Made by a program: the position numbers and the translations under genes | The notes under the pieces: generated by a model | Seen by the model: the letters and a program-made list of their open reading frames with translations, nothing else | The model's database searches: none | Told to the model about the DNA's origin: nothing | Assembly: GCA_004524445.1 (NCBI GenBank) | Contig: SDNP01000010.1 | Coordinates: forward strand, 22,637 to 86,636 | DNA length: 64,000 bases | Reading direction: 5' to 3' | Source: Candidatus Thorarchaeota archaeon | GTDB lineage: Archaea > Asgardarchaeota > Thorarchaeia > Thorarchaeales > Thorarchaeaceae | Part shown: piece after piece, positions 1-9,935 of the stretch | Position numbering within the stretch: the first letter of the stretch is position 1 | How the letters are laid out: every line of letters starts with the position of its first letter

Positions 1-1089
1 AATAAGCCCTGTGGTGGTTTCATTCCACAAAGGACAGTATCACAGTTTGATCTTAGTAATATCGAGGATGCCTATCCAATCAATACTGTAGAGATGAGAT
101 TCCCTGGAGTTGGCATCAAGCAAGTCGCATTTGAAGAATCAATTGGCGTAAATGTTAGTCGAGGCGAGCTGGGTCAGAAAATGCTCTCTAATCTCGGTCA
201 AGCCCAACCTAGGATTAATTTGGGTCATGAAGTTCGCATGATAGAACGGCAAGATGGCTACTGTATTATCAAGATAACTGCGGATCAATCAGATTATGAA
301 ATAGCTTCAAGGCTTGTTATCGATGCTTCAGGTGCATACCCAGTTGCAGTGAAAAGCGGCCTAGTTAGACCTAAATTGACAGGTAGTCAAATGGGATATG
401 GACAGCAATACCACTTCGAAAAGGAAAGCAATGCGGACGATTTTGAACCTGTGAACAGATTCTACTACGGACATGAATTCTCGCCAGGCGGATATGCGTG
501 GGTATACCCGAGGAAACGAACCGTAGTCATAGGATCAGGTGGGCTGCTGGCTCGAGTAAAAAGCGATGACAAGCGAGTAGCCGAATACATAGAAGAACTC
601 ATCAAAGAACCGATTATCAAGGAGATGTTGGCAAACGCAACTCCTGTCAAAAAGGATGCAGCGCCAGTGCCCCTGGGAGGTCAAATCACGCCCTCTTATG
701 CAGGTCATATTCTCTTGGCAGGCGATGCTGCAGGACATTGCTCTCCGATATCTGGTGAGGGTATTCATTACTCTCTGGTGGCAGGGAAGATTGCTGGCTC
801 AGTTGCAGCAGAAGCCGTCAAGGAAAGCGACTTCTGTGCAAGATATCTCAAGAGATATCAAGACCATTGGAAAAAGGCCTTTGGCAGTGATTTGAAGTGG
901 GGGCTGTGGCTGCAGAAGAGATTCACTGGGTCCGATGATGGTGAGAGTAAATCTGCATTCTTGGAGTCTGAGAAATCTTGCCGTGTGGTTGCAGAGATGC
1001 TGATTGGGAGACGGGAGGTTTTCAGTGCCATGAAGGCAATAGCACCCTCGTACCTTGCGTCCAAAGTCAAATCAGTATTCTCCCGCTAG
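1..1089 (+). CDS. Geranylgeranyl reductase family FAD-dependent oxidoreductase (5'-truncated by window edge)
   Basis: Frame is open from base 1 (NKPCGGFIP, the KPCGG motif) into ORF 94..1089; also has PGGYAWVYP and LAGDAAG..PISGEGIHYSL motifs typical of GGR/DGGR. Confidence 0.88.
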   Translation, partial: NKPCGGFIPQRTVSQFDLSNIEDAYPINTVEMRFPGVGIKQVAFEESIGVNVSRGELGQKMLSNLGQAQPRINLGHEVRMIERQDGYCIIKITADQSDYEIASRLVIDASGAYPVAVKSGLVRPKLTGSQMGYGQQYHFEKESNADDFEPVNRFYYGHEFSPGGYAWVYPRKRTVVIGSGGLLARVKSDDKRVAEYIEELIKEPIIKEMLANATPVKKDAAPVPLGGQITPSYAGHILLAGDAAGHCSPISGEGIHYSLVAGKIAGSVAAEAVKESDFCARYLKRYQDHWKKAFGSDLKWGLWLQKRFTGSDDGESKSAFLESEKSCRVVAEMLIGRREVFSAMKAIAPSYLASKVKSVFSR

Positions 1090-1179
1090 TCCGATAATCC
1101 ACTCGTAAGCACGCCAATTCTAACAGTGCTTTAGAAGTAAGATCAGTCACTCTTATGTGCGAAGTTTCTCAGAGAACTC

Positions 1180-1338
1180 TCAGTTCCCATAGGACCGATA
1201 ACAAACCAAGAGAAAAAAGAGGCAGGGAAGAAGTACACCTACCAAAAGAAATAGCGGATAGTCTGCAGGACTGTCGACCGCATAGAACCAAAGCGAGGCC
1301 GACTCGATAAATGCTAGAATCATTAGGAGACAAATCAC
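1180..1338 (-). CDS. Possible small two-TM protein (52 aa, not in ORF track)
   Basis: GTG start with GGAG about 12 nt upstream; translation MICLLMILAFIESASLWFYAVDSPADYPLFLLVGVLLPCLFFLLVCYRSYGN has two hydrophobic stretches. Confidence 0.3.
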   Translation of the reverse strand: MICLLMILAFIESASLWFYAVDSPADYPLFLLVGVLLPCLFFLLVCYRSYGN

Positions 1339-1709
1339 CGGAGTAGATTCTCCTTCATTTATGTCCTCCAGTTCCCATGGCTTTGCATCATGAGTTAGTG
1401 TATTTGACTCACTAGGCGTCCTGAGTACCCCCTACAACAAGTCATCCACCTCATTGTAGATTTTGAAAACTTATGAATTTAGCGCCACGACTAATAGAGA
1501 AATAAAACTGTGAGAGTTGCTGCAAGAAGTAATTGTAGTTGATTACACCAAGATCGGGTCTTCGTCGTCTGTGGAAAATCTGATCTATCTTGTGCTGAGT
1601 GTTAATTTGATCCCTAGGAGTCCTATGAATTAAAATCACAGGACCCTTTGGAATAGCTGTTCTTATTGGGTGGCTTTCTCGTAAGGCGTCAGTGTATTAA
1701 GTGATAGAT

Positions 1710-1979
1710 CTAAGAACCTGCTTCAGCCATTCGGTTCACAATGAAACATTTCTGGCGGTATGACTCATCTTCGAGTTGATCGATGAAATCCTCCAGACGT
1801 GCAACACCCTTGAATTCCCTATCAATATCTAGGTCTCTCACGGTTATGTGCGCTCGCTTGTTTTCAATCCGCACGTATATGCCGCCGATTCCGACGTTGT
1901 GCTTCATGTAAACGGGTTCGTCCTGATTCTTCACTCTATAGAAACCTTGCCTTCTTAGCATACGTGTAAACATCATCAT
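1710..1979 (-). CDS. Small hypothetical protein (89 aa)
   Basis: Protein-like composition, GGGAGG SD just upstream, TTTATATA box near 2033-2040 on the minus strand. Confidence 0.75.
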   Translation of the reverse strand: MMMFTRMLRRQGFYRVKNQDEPVYMKHNVGIGGIYVRIENKRAHITVRDLDIDREFKGVARLEDFIDQLEDESYRQKCFIVNRMAEAGS

Positions 1980-2076
1980 TTCGCGTTTAACCCTCCCGGC
2001 GGTTAAAACTAAAGAGAGTAAACGCTAACTGGTATATAAAACCATAGGATATTTGGAAGTAAACGTTTATGCAAGT

Positions 2077-2218
2077 TATGGAAGCTATATTGCACAATTT
2101 TCTATTTTCGACTTCTATTTGATATAAAATGCTGTAGCTATATAAGTAGTATGGCGAAAAGGAGCTATTTATTGACTTGATAGCTTCCATATTAAAATAA
2201 AGCGCGCGAAATAGCTAT
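2077..2218. promoter_or_regulatory. AT-rich regulatory region with a 12-bp inverted repeat and five AGCTAT/ATAGCT boxes
   Basis: TATGGAAGCTAT (2077-2088) is the reverse complement of ATAGCTTCCATA (2180-2191); further boxes at 2136, 2163 and 2211. Confidence 0.5.
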
Positions 2219-2586
2219 ACGTGTACTAATATGGTTTATCCCTTTTACAAGGCAGCTAGCTAACGTTTACTTCCACTGGAAGTCTACGCTGCGGCCCTGA
2301 TCCAAAGAGCTTTGGTTTCCACGGGGAGATATGTTGAGAATGAGGTACTCTGATGTGTATGGACAATTCGGCCTTGTTAATCCATGCTTCACCCATGGAT
2401 TTGGTACTAGAGTACATACTGCATGACGACATTCGCTCAGCGGACATCATCCCATCCAGATAGTAAACGTAACAATTTACCAAGAGATTTGCCATCACAT
2501 AATGAAGAGGCTACTTAGCAGAGTTCTGATGATTCATGTAAAAATGCTTAAAACACAGCCAATAGGTCCATGACCTGTTGAAGGCT

Positions 2587-3153
2587 ATGGATATATTCAG
2601 TGACATCATTCAGGCTATTACATCATTCATGTCGCCAGTGCAGTACATGCCTGCCTCCACAGTATTCATCGTACTAGTAAGCGTTGGGCTTTCGCTGATT
2701 TCAATATGGGCTACCAATCGCTTTACAGATGTTGATGAGATGAAGGAGAATATGAAGGAGGTTCAGGAATGGCAGAAGAAGTTTAAGAAGGCCAGAGAGA
2801 CCATGGACCCGGTGCTCTTACAGGAGGTTCAAGATAGTCAGTCTCGAATAATGACACTGCAAAGCAAGATGATGTCAGCACGTTGTAAGCCAATGCTGAT
2901 CTTCTACATCCCATTGATTTTGGTGTTCACAATTCTCAACAATCTCTATGCAGGAGTACCTGTCGCAGTTCTTCCCTTCAACCCACAGGATGCATTATGG
3001 TTTATTGACCCATGGTTAGGCGTCAATATCCCTGGCAGTGGCTTCGGATTGCATTTCTACACCTGGTACCTTCTTTCAAGCGTGGGCCTGGGCAACATGA
3101 TTCGGAAAGCATTTGGTCAGGACTTGGCATCCACAACCCCGGGTCTTGGCTGA
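2587..3153 (+). CDS. DUF106/EMC3/TMCO1 (Oxa1 superfamily) membrane insertase-like protein
   Basis: TM1, then a coiled coil (DVDEMKENMKEVQEWQKK), then MMSARCKPMLIFYIP, then TM2/3 with WYLLSS; ATG at 2587 preferred to TTG 2578. Confidence 0.88.
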   Translation: MDIFSDIIQAITSFMSPVQYMPASTVFIVLVSVGLSLISIWATNRFTDVDEMKENMKEVQEWQKKFKKARETMDPVLLQEVQDSQSRIMTLQSKMMSARCKPMLIFYIPLILVFTILNNLYAGVPVAVLPFNPQDALWFIDPWLGVNIPGSGFGLHFYTWYLLSSVGLGNMIRKAFGQDLASTTPGLG

Positions 3154-3216
3154 GGGATATGAATCATATAGACCTGTAATTCTCAGAGAGAAGAGTGGAA
3201 GCATCGGAGTATCTCA

Positions 3217-4536
3217 CTAGACATCCACATGATTTCTTGAATTGAAGACTAGGTTCTGTCTTGTGAAACGAAATGACTTCAACAGAACACCGATGCCCAC
3301 TAGAATGAGCAATATAGCGGCAATAAAGCTACCTCTGTAGGCGTCTGCATTCGTGAATCCCGTGCCTATCAGGATATCAGCAATCGGCCCAGTGATTAGC
3401 GTTGCTGCAATGCCCCAGCTGAGGAAGAATGTAGCATTATAGTACGCAAAGAGGCGTCCCCGAAATTCTGCGGGAGCCATGTGTGCCACTATTGAGTAGC
3501 TTGAAGATTGAATGATAACATGGGATGCACCAATAAGAAATGATGATGCTATGCTGAGCAGAAAAGTGGGCGTTACAATGAGCCAGGCTATAGCTGTGAT
3601 TGACAGAAATGAGCCAAACAACAAGACTTTGTCATCATCACTGTCGGCAACCACAGACCCAACTAATAGCCCTGAAACCATGGAAGCAATACTCCCAATG
3701 TTGCTAAAGAGGGCGATTTGCCCGCCAGTGGCTCCAAAAGCTGTGGAATCCGCGAGAAATAGGCTTGATATGATTGAGATTGAATTACGTCCAAAGTTCA
3801 GAAAGACCAATGCTGTTATGAAGAGCAAGTACGCCTTCCGTAATTTCGCAGGCAAAACACTTAGAGACGGCATTTCTACTGGCTCAGGTACGCCTATATT
3901 CTCCACAGCCAACCCATCTTTCATACGGATGGCGAAGTAGACGATGAAACTAGAGAAGATCATCACCATGGCAGCAATAAAGAAAATACTTCCATCAGCA
4001 AACCCTGCGCCATTATCAAAGAGAAAACCACCCAGATATGCACCTCCAATTCCACCGAATCCTCCAACGATAGAGAGTTGACCCATTATCTTCTTTCTTT
4101 CATCAAACTCCGTCAGCTCGGATATCAGTGCAGACCATCCCACATTGGACATGCTCCAGAAAACCTCGATCCCCCCTAAACTGAAAATAATGATGTAACC
4201 CACCACAATCGTATTGCCTATTCCAAGGAAATACTGGTACCCGAAGACCATAAAGATGTGTCCAGCACCGGCAAGAAATTCTCCTAGCGCTACAAATTCA
4301 GTTGGTCTCCGGTATTTGTCTAGAGCACGTCCCCAGAGAAGAGATTGCGTCCCAGCATTAGCAATCATTCCCACCGTTGCCATCAGTGTCACTTCTGTAG
4401 TGGAGAGACCCAAGGACCGTAAGTAGATTGACAGAAAGGTGTAGACAATGGCTCTGCGAAAGTATGTGAGAAACTGAAATGTTGAGAGTCCTGTGAACTC
4501 TCTCATCCTAAGCCGGGAATAGTCTAGGAGCGTCAA
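3217..4536 (-). CDS. MFS transporter
   Basis: About 12 TMs, WGRALDKYRR motif-A-like loop, APAEFRGRLFA. Confidence 0.88.
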   Translation of the reverse strand: MTLLDYSRLRMREFTGLSTFQFLTYFRRAIVYTFLSIYLRSLGLSTTEVTLMATVGMIANAGTQSLLWGRALDKYRRPTEFVALGEFLAGAGHIFMVFGYQYFLGIGNTIVVGYIIIFSLGGIEVFWSMSNVGWSALISELTEFDERKKIMGQLSIVGGFGGIGGAYLGGFLFDNGAGFADGSIFFIAAMVMIFSSFIVYFAIRMKDGLAVENIGVPEPVEMPSLSVLPAKLRKAYLLFITALVFLNFGRNSISIISSLFLADSTAFGATGGQIALFSNIGSIASMVSGLLVGSVVADSDDDKVLLFGSFLSITAIAWLIVTPTFLLSIASSFLIGASHVIIQSSSYSIVAHMAPAEFRGRLFAYYNATFFLSWGIAATLITGPIADILIGTGFTNADAYRGSFIAAILLILVGIGVLLKSFRFTRQNLVFNSRNHVDV

Positions 4537-4847
4537 AGTGATTTCAAGTCGAATAACACGGTCTTAATAGTATATTCTTTCAAGGCATCATTTTATCATG
4601 GCTGAAACAAGGTTCTAGGATTCGTACTCATGCAAGCTTTGCGTAGAACTAATGCATTACTATAACTCATTTATCCTTCATTGACAATATGATGAACCTC
4701 AGCAATGAGGAGAATGGTATCATGGCATAGTCGAGTAATACTTGGTTTGTCATATTTTCCATGCCAACTTAACAAATCCCACTGTATACAAAATTGTCGA
4801 GAAGCAAATCGAAAGAACACGCTTCTTTCAATCCCATGTTTTCATTA

Positions 4848-5540
4848 TTATTCCGAATAATAGGAGGCATAGACGTGGTGAGGGTCTATCCCGAGCATAT
4901 ACAAAATACGAGCAGACCAGATTCTCAGAATGTAGCCGATAAGTCCATACTTGCGATATTTTTCCGCGCTTGTTATTATTTCCTGGCCAAGTAACACAAC
5001 TCGCCCGTGCTTGTGCATGCATCGAGTCAACCGCAAATCCTCAAAGATTGGAACTTGAAGCACAGACAAACAGCGTTTGAGGATATCAGAACGAACGAAC
5101 ATAGCACGGTCACCATAGAGTTCACCCGAAAGCCAGACCCATAGATTTGATAGCCACGTGATTATCTCCAAGGTGGGTTTGGAGGTGTCATATGAAAGAG
5201 AGAATCCACCACCGACTACTCGAGTGTCTTCTAATGCGCTAAGTATCGCAGCATCCCATCCAGAGGGAAGATTTGTATCAGAGTGCAATAATAGAGCAAT
5301 ATCGCCTTTGGCGTTAGAAATACCCTCAAGAAATGCATATCCACGTCCCCTTCTAGAACAGAATACCACTTCTTCATTAGAGGTCTTCGGGCTAATTTCT
5401 TTGACAAGTTTCTGATTATTTACCACAATTATAATTTGGATTGGTACAATCGCGGAGGATAATGACTTTCTGATCACAGGAAGTCTATGGTTTCTAGAAT
5501 GAACGGGCGTAATCACAGATATTAGCGGGGAATGAGTCAA
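4848..5540 (-). CDS. Family 2 glycosyltransferase, TIGR04283-like (arsenosugar-cluster associated)
   Basis: ISVITP, RGRG..A, LLLHSDT, YGDRAMFVR, PIFED motifs; adjacent to DUF2064 and arsS-like genes. Confidence 0.82.
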   Translation of the reverse strand: MTHSPLISVITPVHSRNHRLPVIRKSLSSAIVPIQIIIVVNNQKLVKEISPKTSNEEVVFCSRRGRGYAFLEGISNAKGDIALLLHSDTNLPSGWDAAILSALEDTRVVGGGFSLSYDTSKPTLEIITWLSNLWVWLSGELYGDRAMFVRSDILKRCLSVLQVPIFEDLRLTRCMHKHGRVVLLGQEIITSAEKYRKYGLIGYILRIWSARILYMLGIDPHHVYASYYSE

Positions 5541-5705
5541 GAATCACATCGCCTTATTCCATTACAAGCATAACTTGGTCAGGTTTGATACGTAGCTGGT
5601 TAATAACTTCACTATTTCGAAACTAGATGTAGTTACATTATTGAAAATAGCTTAATAGCAGCTTAGTGACCATAATTTTTTCTAAAAGCACTCACAGATA
5701 TCTGG

Positions 5706-6413
5706 TTACGAATGCGCTCCCAAAATATCAGGATGGCTGCGAATATAGCTCAAAGTGCGAGGAGCCGTTGACGGCTGCATCTGGTATGCTTCATAGAATT
5801 TTCTAAGGTCAGTTTCTGTGTCGATATCCATCCATTTGGGCAAGATATGAACCCGGTTAGAAATCGATTTCAATTGTGACAACGTCTCTCGAAACACAGC
5901 TTCGGTACCCCATGATATTCCTTCAAAAGCTGAGGGAATGTAGGTATCCCTTGAGAAGCCTATCAAATAATATCCGCCATCGAGAGCTGGTCCTAATACC
6001 GCATTTTGGCTTCGAAGGCTTGATGCTGCTTTGGATAGAATGTCGATTGGAAGACCTGGACTATCGCTGGCAAGGGCTATCACTTGTTCATACTTTTCCT
6101 CAAACATGGTCATGAAACCATTATGTAAACGCTCACCGAGATCCGCACCGTTCTGGCCAAAGACCTGATATGAACGCCCGAGCCATTCAATGAACCTGTC
6201 CTGGGTGGCGGGTGGGAATATCGCAATATGAAATGGAATTTCAAGAGCATGTAATGTGCTCAATGTGTCTAAAATGAATGCTCGATATAGGTCAGTTGCG
6301 GCCTCGCTCCCAATAGATTTGGCGAGGCGCGATTTGACTGAACCAACCTCAGGATACTTCACCATAACAAATATCCCCGGATCAAATTTTCTTGGAAAGT
6401 TTTCACTAATCAA
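5706..6413 (-). CDS. DUF2064 / TIGR04282 family glycosyltransferase-like protein
   Basis: KYPEVGSVKSRLA, QNGADLGERL, SDSP, LGPALDGGYYLIG, WGT, DIDT..DL motifs. Confidence 0.9.
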   Translation of the reverse strand: MISENFPRKFDPGIFVMVKYPEVGSVKSRLAKSIGSEAATDLYRAFILDTLSTLHALEIPFHIAIFPPATQDRFIEWLGRSYQVFGQNGADLGERLHNGFMTMFEEKYEQVIALASDSPGLPIDILSKAASSLRSQNAVLGPALDGGYYLIGFSRDTYIPSAFEGISWGTEAVFRETLSQLKSISNRVHILPKWMDIDTETDLRKFYEAYQMQPSTAPRTLSYIRSHPDILGAHS

Positions 6414-6431
6414 ATCAAAACCTATCCCTTA

Positions 6432-7385
6432 CTAATCCTCTAATGCGCCCTCGCAAGAAGATCCACAGCCTGCAGTGCAACCGAAACAATGTGGCCCCGT
6501 TACAATCTCACGATTCAGATGAGACTTACTATCAAAATGATTTGCATCACGGGGAGTGGAGAACACAGGTAATTTCAAAGCAAAGTTAAAATCACAATCA
6601 TAAATCAGACCGTCCCATCCAACACATATCTGATGTCTACACATCAATTTCTCGAGAGTAGTGGGATTGAAGCTGTTCTCAAGTAGTTGCTGATACTCTA
6701 CAACGTTCTGTTCTCCTTCCAAATATTGCTTGAACCGTCCAATTGGCATATTCGTGATGGTTAAGAGATGGTTGAAATAAATTCCATATTTAGATGACAG
6801 AATCTCCTTGTATGTGGTCTCCAATTGCGATTGTTCGGGTGGTAAGACCGGACCATCGGGATTAAAAACAAGATTTAATTCCAGCTCAGGCTCAATGCCA
6901 TAACCGCGTTTGTTAAGCTCTCTTAGGCTTCTTATGCTGTCCTTGAATACACCTTTTCCCCTCTGTTCATCAACATTCTCTTCAGAATGACATGGCAACG
7001 ATGCAACTAAGCGAATTTGCAGATCTCTGTATAGATCCATAAATCCGCTATGCTTTGAATTTTGTAGGACCGTGAGATTTGTGCGAACTTGGACCTTATG
7101 TACTCCATCGGCTAAGGCTTTCAAAAATTTAGGTAGAGATGGGTTGAGTTCCGGTGCGCCGCCTGTGATATCTATGAGTTCTGGATCGACTGATTCTGCA
7201 ATTCTTACCACATCTTGCATTGTTTCCCACGACATTAGATCATCACTCTCTGGACAAGCTCCTAAGTGACAATGAGAACATGCCTGATTGCATCGATTTC
7301 CGATATTTGCCTGGAGTGTCTTATGGGTCAATGCTCTGAGTTTTGACCCCTCTACGGATGCTATGAGTTTATTGAATTTGGACAC
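6432..7385 (-). CDS. arsS: Radical SAM protein ArsS (radical SAM/Cys-rich, DUF3641 C-terminus)
   Basis: CNQACSHC, DITGGAPELNP, ASLPC, ITNMPIGRF, LMCR..YDCDFN, C-terminal HCFGCTAGCGSSC. Confidence 0.9.
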   Translation of the reverse strand: MSKFNKLIASVEGSKLRALTHKTLQANIGNRCNQACSHCHLGACPESDDLMSWETMQDVVRIAESVDPELIDITGGAPELNPSLPKFLKALADGVHKVQVRTNLTVLQNSKHSGFMDLYRDLQIRLVASLPCHSEENVDEQRGKGVFKDSIRSLRELNKRGYGIEPELELNLVFNPDGPVLPPEQSQLETTYKEILSSKYGIYFNHLLTITNMPIGRFKQYLEGEQNVVEYQQLLENSFNPTTLEKLMCRHQICVGWDGLIYDCDFNFALKLPVFSTPRDANHFDSKSHLNREIVTGPHCFGCTAGCGSSCEGALED

Positions 7386-7548
7386 GAGTATACACCTTCA
7401 ACGGAAACCAGCTTACTAAAAGAGCTAGTATGAAACAAGTTCAATTATTTTAGACCTTTTGCATATCTTCGTTGATTCGCAAATGCACAAGCCAAATTGC
7501 TTCCTCTATACCTGTAATGCCAACGGGGTGCAGCAATAGCGAACTCTT

Positions 7549-8796
7549 TTGCCTATTCAAAACGATTTTATCTTGCAATGCGTTATGCAGACTATGACAA
7601 ATCAACCTTCACAGGTCTACTTTGGGTCAATCCAACATGGCAATCCTGGTAGATTTGCATCTATGAGTGCGAAACTGGAAAAAATAATCAAACACCTGGA
7701 TTTCTCAACGATTGAAAAGAAGGATAAGGTTGCCATAAAGATGCATCTTGGCTTTAGAGATGGCTACCAGACAGTCCCTGTGTTTTTCGCTAGAAGAGTC
7801 GTAGAAGCTGTGAAGGAAACCGGGGGCTATCCCTTCGTAACTGACAATCCAACTGCGGTCTATAACGCAGCAGAACGAGGCTATACATCAGAAACCCTCG
7901 GATGTCCGTTGATACCTGTAGCAGGTGTAAAAGATGGATATCATGAGGAACGCGAATTCGATTTTCACAATGTGGACACTCTGTCAATTGCAGGAGTTCT
8001 ACGTGATGCTGATGTTCTCATTGATCTGAGCCATGCTAAAGGACACAATACATGCGGATATGGCGGAGCTATCAAAAACATAGCTCTTGGCGGATACACT
8101 GGCCCTAGCAGATGGAAAAAAATCCACGGGGTAGAAAATAGCATAGAATACTGGGATGCCGACAAATGCAGCCCCGAGCATGCTAAGGAACTGGTCGAAA
8201 CGTGTCCTGAAGGGCACATTAAATACGATGAGGAAAAACATGAACTCACGATTGCCTTTGGTATGTGTAATCAGTGCATGGAATGCATCGATGCAGATGA
8301 AGGCACCGATTGTCTGCATTTTGGACCTGAGAACTTTGCTTTATTCCAAGAGCTGATGGCGAATGGCGCGAATGAGATTATAGATACGTTTGACGAGGAT
8401 AAGAGATTCTACCTCAATTTCCTGCTGGATATCACAGCGCTCTGCGATTGTTGGGGGATTGCACAACCAGCAGTGGTTAATGATATTGGGATATTGGGAA
8501 GTCGAGATATTGTTGCCATTGAGCAAGCCACTCTCGACCTCATAGCAAAGGAAGGATTAGTCGAAAGCATGATTCCACCCTATTTCAGGAATGTGGATTT
8601 GGATTCTGAAGATGAGCTGCATCCATTTGCAAGAATTCACGGTCGAATGAAGACCCCATACTTGGTCACTGAATATGCAGAGAATCTTGGGATGGGATCA
8701 CGAAGCTATGAGTTGATTGAGCTATTATCACCAGATGAAACAAAGGAAATGGAAGCACCTAAGGGCGTAAGTGAGGACCAACCTACATTCTTCTAG
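7549..8796 (+). CDS. DUF362 domain Fe-S protein (true start probably near 7585-7594)
   Basis: VAIKMHLG, SHAKGH..GYGGAIKN, CP..CNQCMEC ferredoxin-like cysteines, CDC, DIGILGSRDIVAIE. Confidence 0.85.
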   Translation: MPIQNDFILQCVMQTMTNQPSQVYFGSIQHGNPGRFASMSAKLEKIIKHLDFSTIEKKDKVAIKMHLGFRDGYQTVPVFFARRVVEAVKETGGYPFVTDNPTAVYNAAERGYTSETLGCPLIPVAGVKDGYHEEREFDFHNVDTLSIAGVLRDADVLIDLSHAKGHNTCGYGGAIKNIALGGYTGPSRWKKIHGVENSIEYWDADKCSPEHAKELVETCPEGHIKYDEEKHELTIAFGMCNQCMECIDADEGTDCLHFGPENFALFQELMANGANEIIDTFDEDKRFYLNFLLDITALCDCWGIAQPAVVNDIGILGSRDIVAIEQATLDLIAKEGLVESMIPPYFRNVDLDSEDELHPFARIHGRMKTPYLVTEYAENLGMGSRSYELIELLSPDETKEMEAPKGVSEDQPTFF

Positions 8797-8996
8797 AGAA
8801 TCGACTTCATTGCATCATGACAGCCTCTAATCGTTCCACCAAACTTTCAAATAGCCTCTCACTTGAAGCAGAAACATACATTAGCTGTGCTGTACAGCCT
8901 TGATTTGAATAGTAGAGCTATAAGTCAAAGCAACGAGTTGCATTCACCTAGCAAGACCCAAACTGCTCAGTACGTTGCATAGAAATACAAGGGGCA

Positions 8997-9881
8997 TTGG
9001 GTGGTAGCTCTAATAGTTGGAGGTTGCTGAATCTGGGTTCATCCGGGTGGTCAAGAAAGAAAGATGAAGCCTTTCTAGAGAAAGTCTTGGACCTTGCTAA
9101 TAGGGGAGATTTCGTCGCTATCACTAAAACCTACAACGACTTTTGGAAGGACAAAAACAAGAATCCCTTGCATAGAATAGATAGTATAGCAATGAGGAAT
9201 TTTCAAGACGCGGATGAAGTTGAATTAACGAATACCCTATTGCAAATCCGGAGTAGTGTTTTTTCTTATCTGGGCTTGTTGTCTCTGAGCATAGCGACTG
9301 AGGTATCTACAAAAGATATCCTCCAAGTTATGCTAAACGAAGATAATAGCAAGAAGGGTAGGAAAAAAGCTAGGGAATTTCTTACTGCTCAAGCCAAGCA
9401 GCTTATCGATAAGAACCGAGTAAATCATCTCATTCCAACTGAGCTAAAGAGAGATGGCCTGGGATATCTGACTGAAAAAGTACGTGAAGCCCAAATTGAA
9501 AACTATCGGAAAGCAAAACCTTCAGTCAAGAAAGGCAAGCTTTCCTTGAAGAAACTCTCGCATACTGTGCTAGGGAAGAAGATTCTTCGTGATTTGTGCA
9601 TCGATGCAAATGAACTTGACGCAAATAGTGATGAGGCATCGCGGATTGGGGAGGCATACGATCATTATCTCTTAGAAATCGAGCTCTCAGAGGATTTTGT
9701 CATGCCGGATATAGAAGATACCCAACAGCTTTCTTTGGAAGGTAAACCGCTTGATGCCGATGAATCAGACGAAACTAAGAAACCATCAGGAAAAAGAAAC
9801 GAACCAGACCAGGAGAATCTAACCCGCTATCTTGCAGAAGACGAAGCAATACCTAGTTCGGAGAAAAAGAATAAGGGGTAG
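8997..9881 (+). CDS. Hypothetical helical protein with acidic tail and PIP-box-like motif (start possibly CTG 9033)
   Basis: Long ORF; GGAGG at 9019-9023 precedes in-frame CTG; QENLTRYL near the C-terminus. Confidence 0.75.
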   Translation: MGGSSNSWRLLNLGSSGWSRKKDEAFLEKVLDLANRGDFVAITKTYNDFWKDKNKNPLHRIDSIAMRNFQDADEVELTNTLLQIRSSVFSYLGLLSLSIATEVSTKDILQVMLNEDNSKKGRKKAREFLTAQAKQLIDKNRVNHLIPTELKRDGLGYLTEKVREAQIENYRKAKPSVKKGKLSLKKLSHTVLGKKILRDLCIDANELDANSDEASRIGEAYDHYLLEIELSEDFVMPDIEDTQQLSLEGKPLDADESDETKKPSGKRNEPDQENLTRYLAEDEAIPSSEKKNKG

Positions 9882-9935
9882 AACAACAAGAAGAAGACAT
9901 CATACCCTGGCAGTAATCAGACGGGGCGGAATATA

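Noticed and set aside
1980-2580. Replication origin
   Set aside because: AT-rich with repeats, but no ORB-like G-string boxes and no adjacent cdc6/orc1
6432-6480. Selenocysteine recoding in ArsS or other redox genes
   Set aside because: Motif positions use Cys codons; I saw no in-frame TGA interrupting a redox motif in the window
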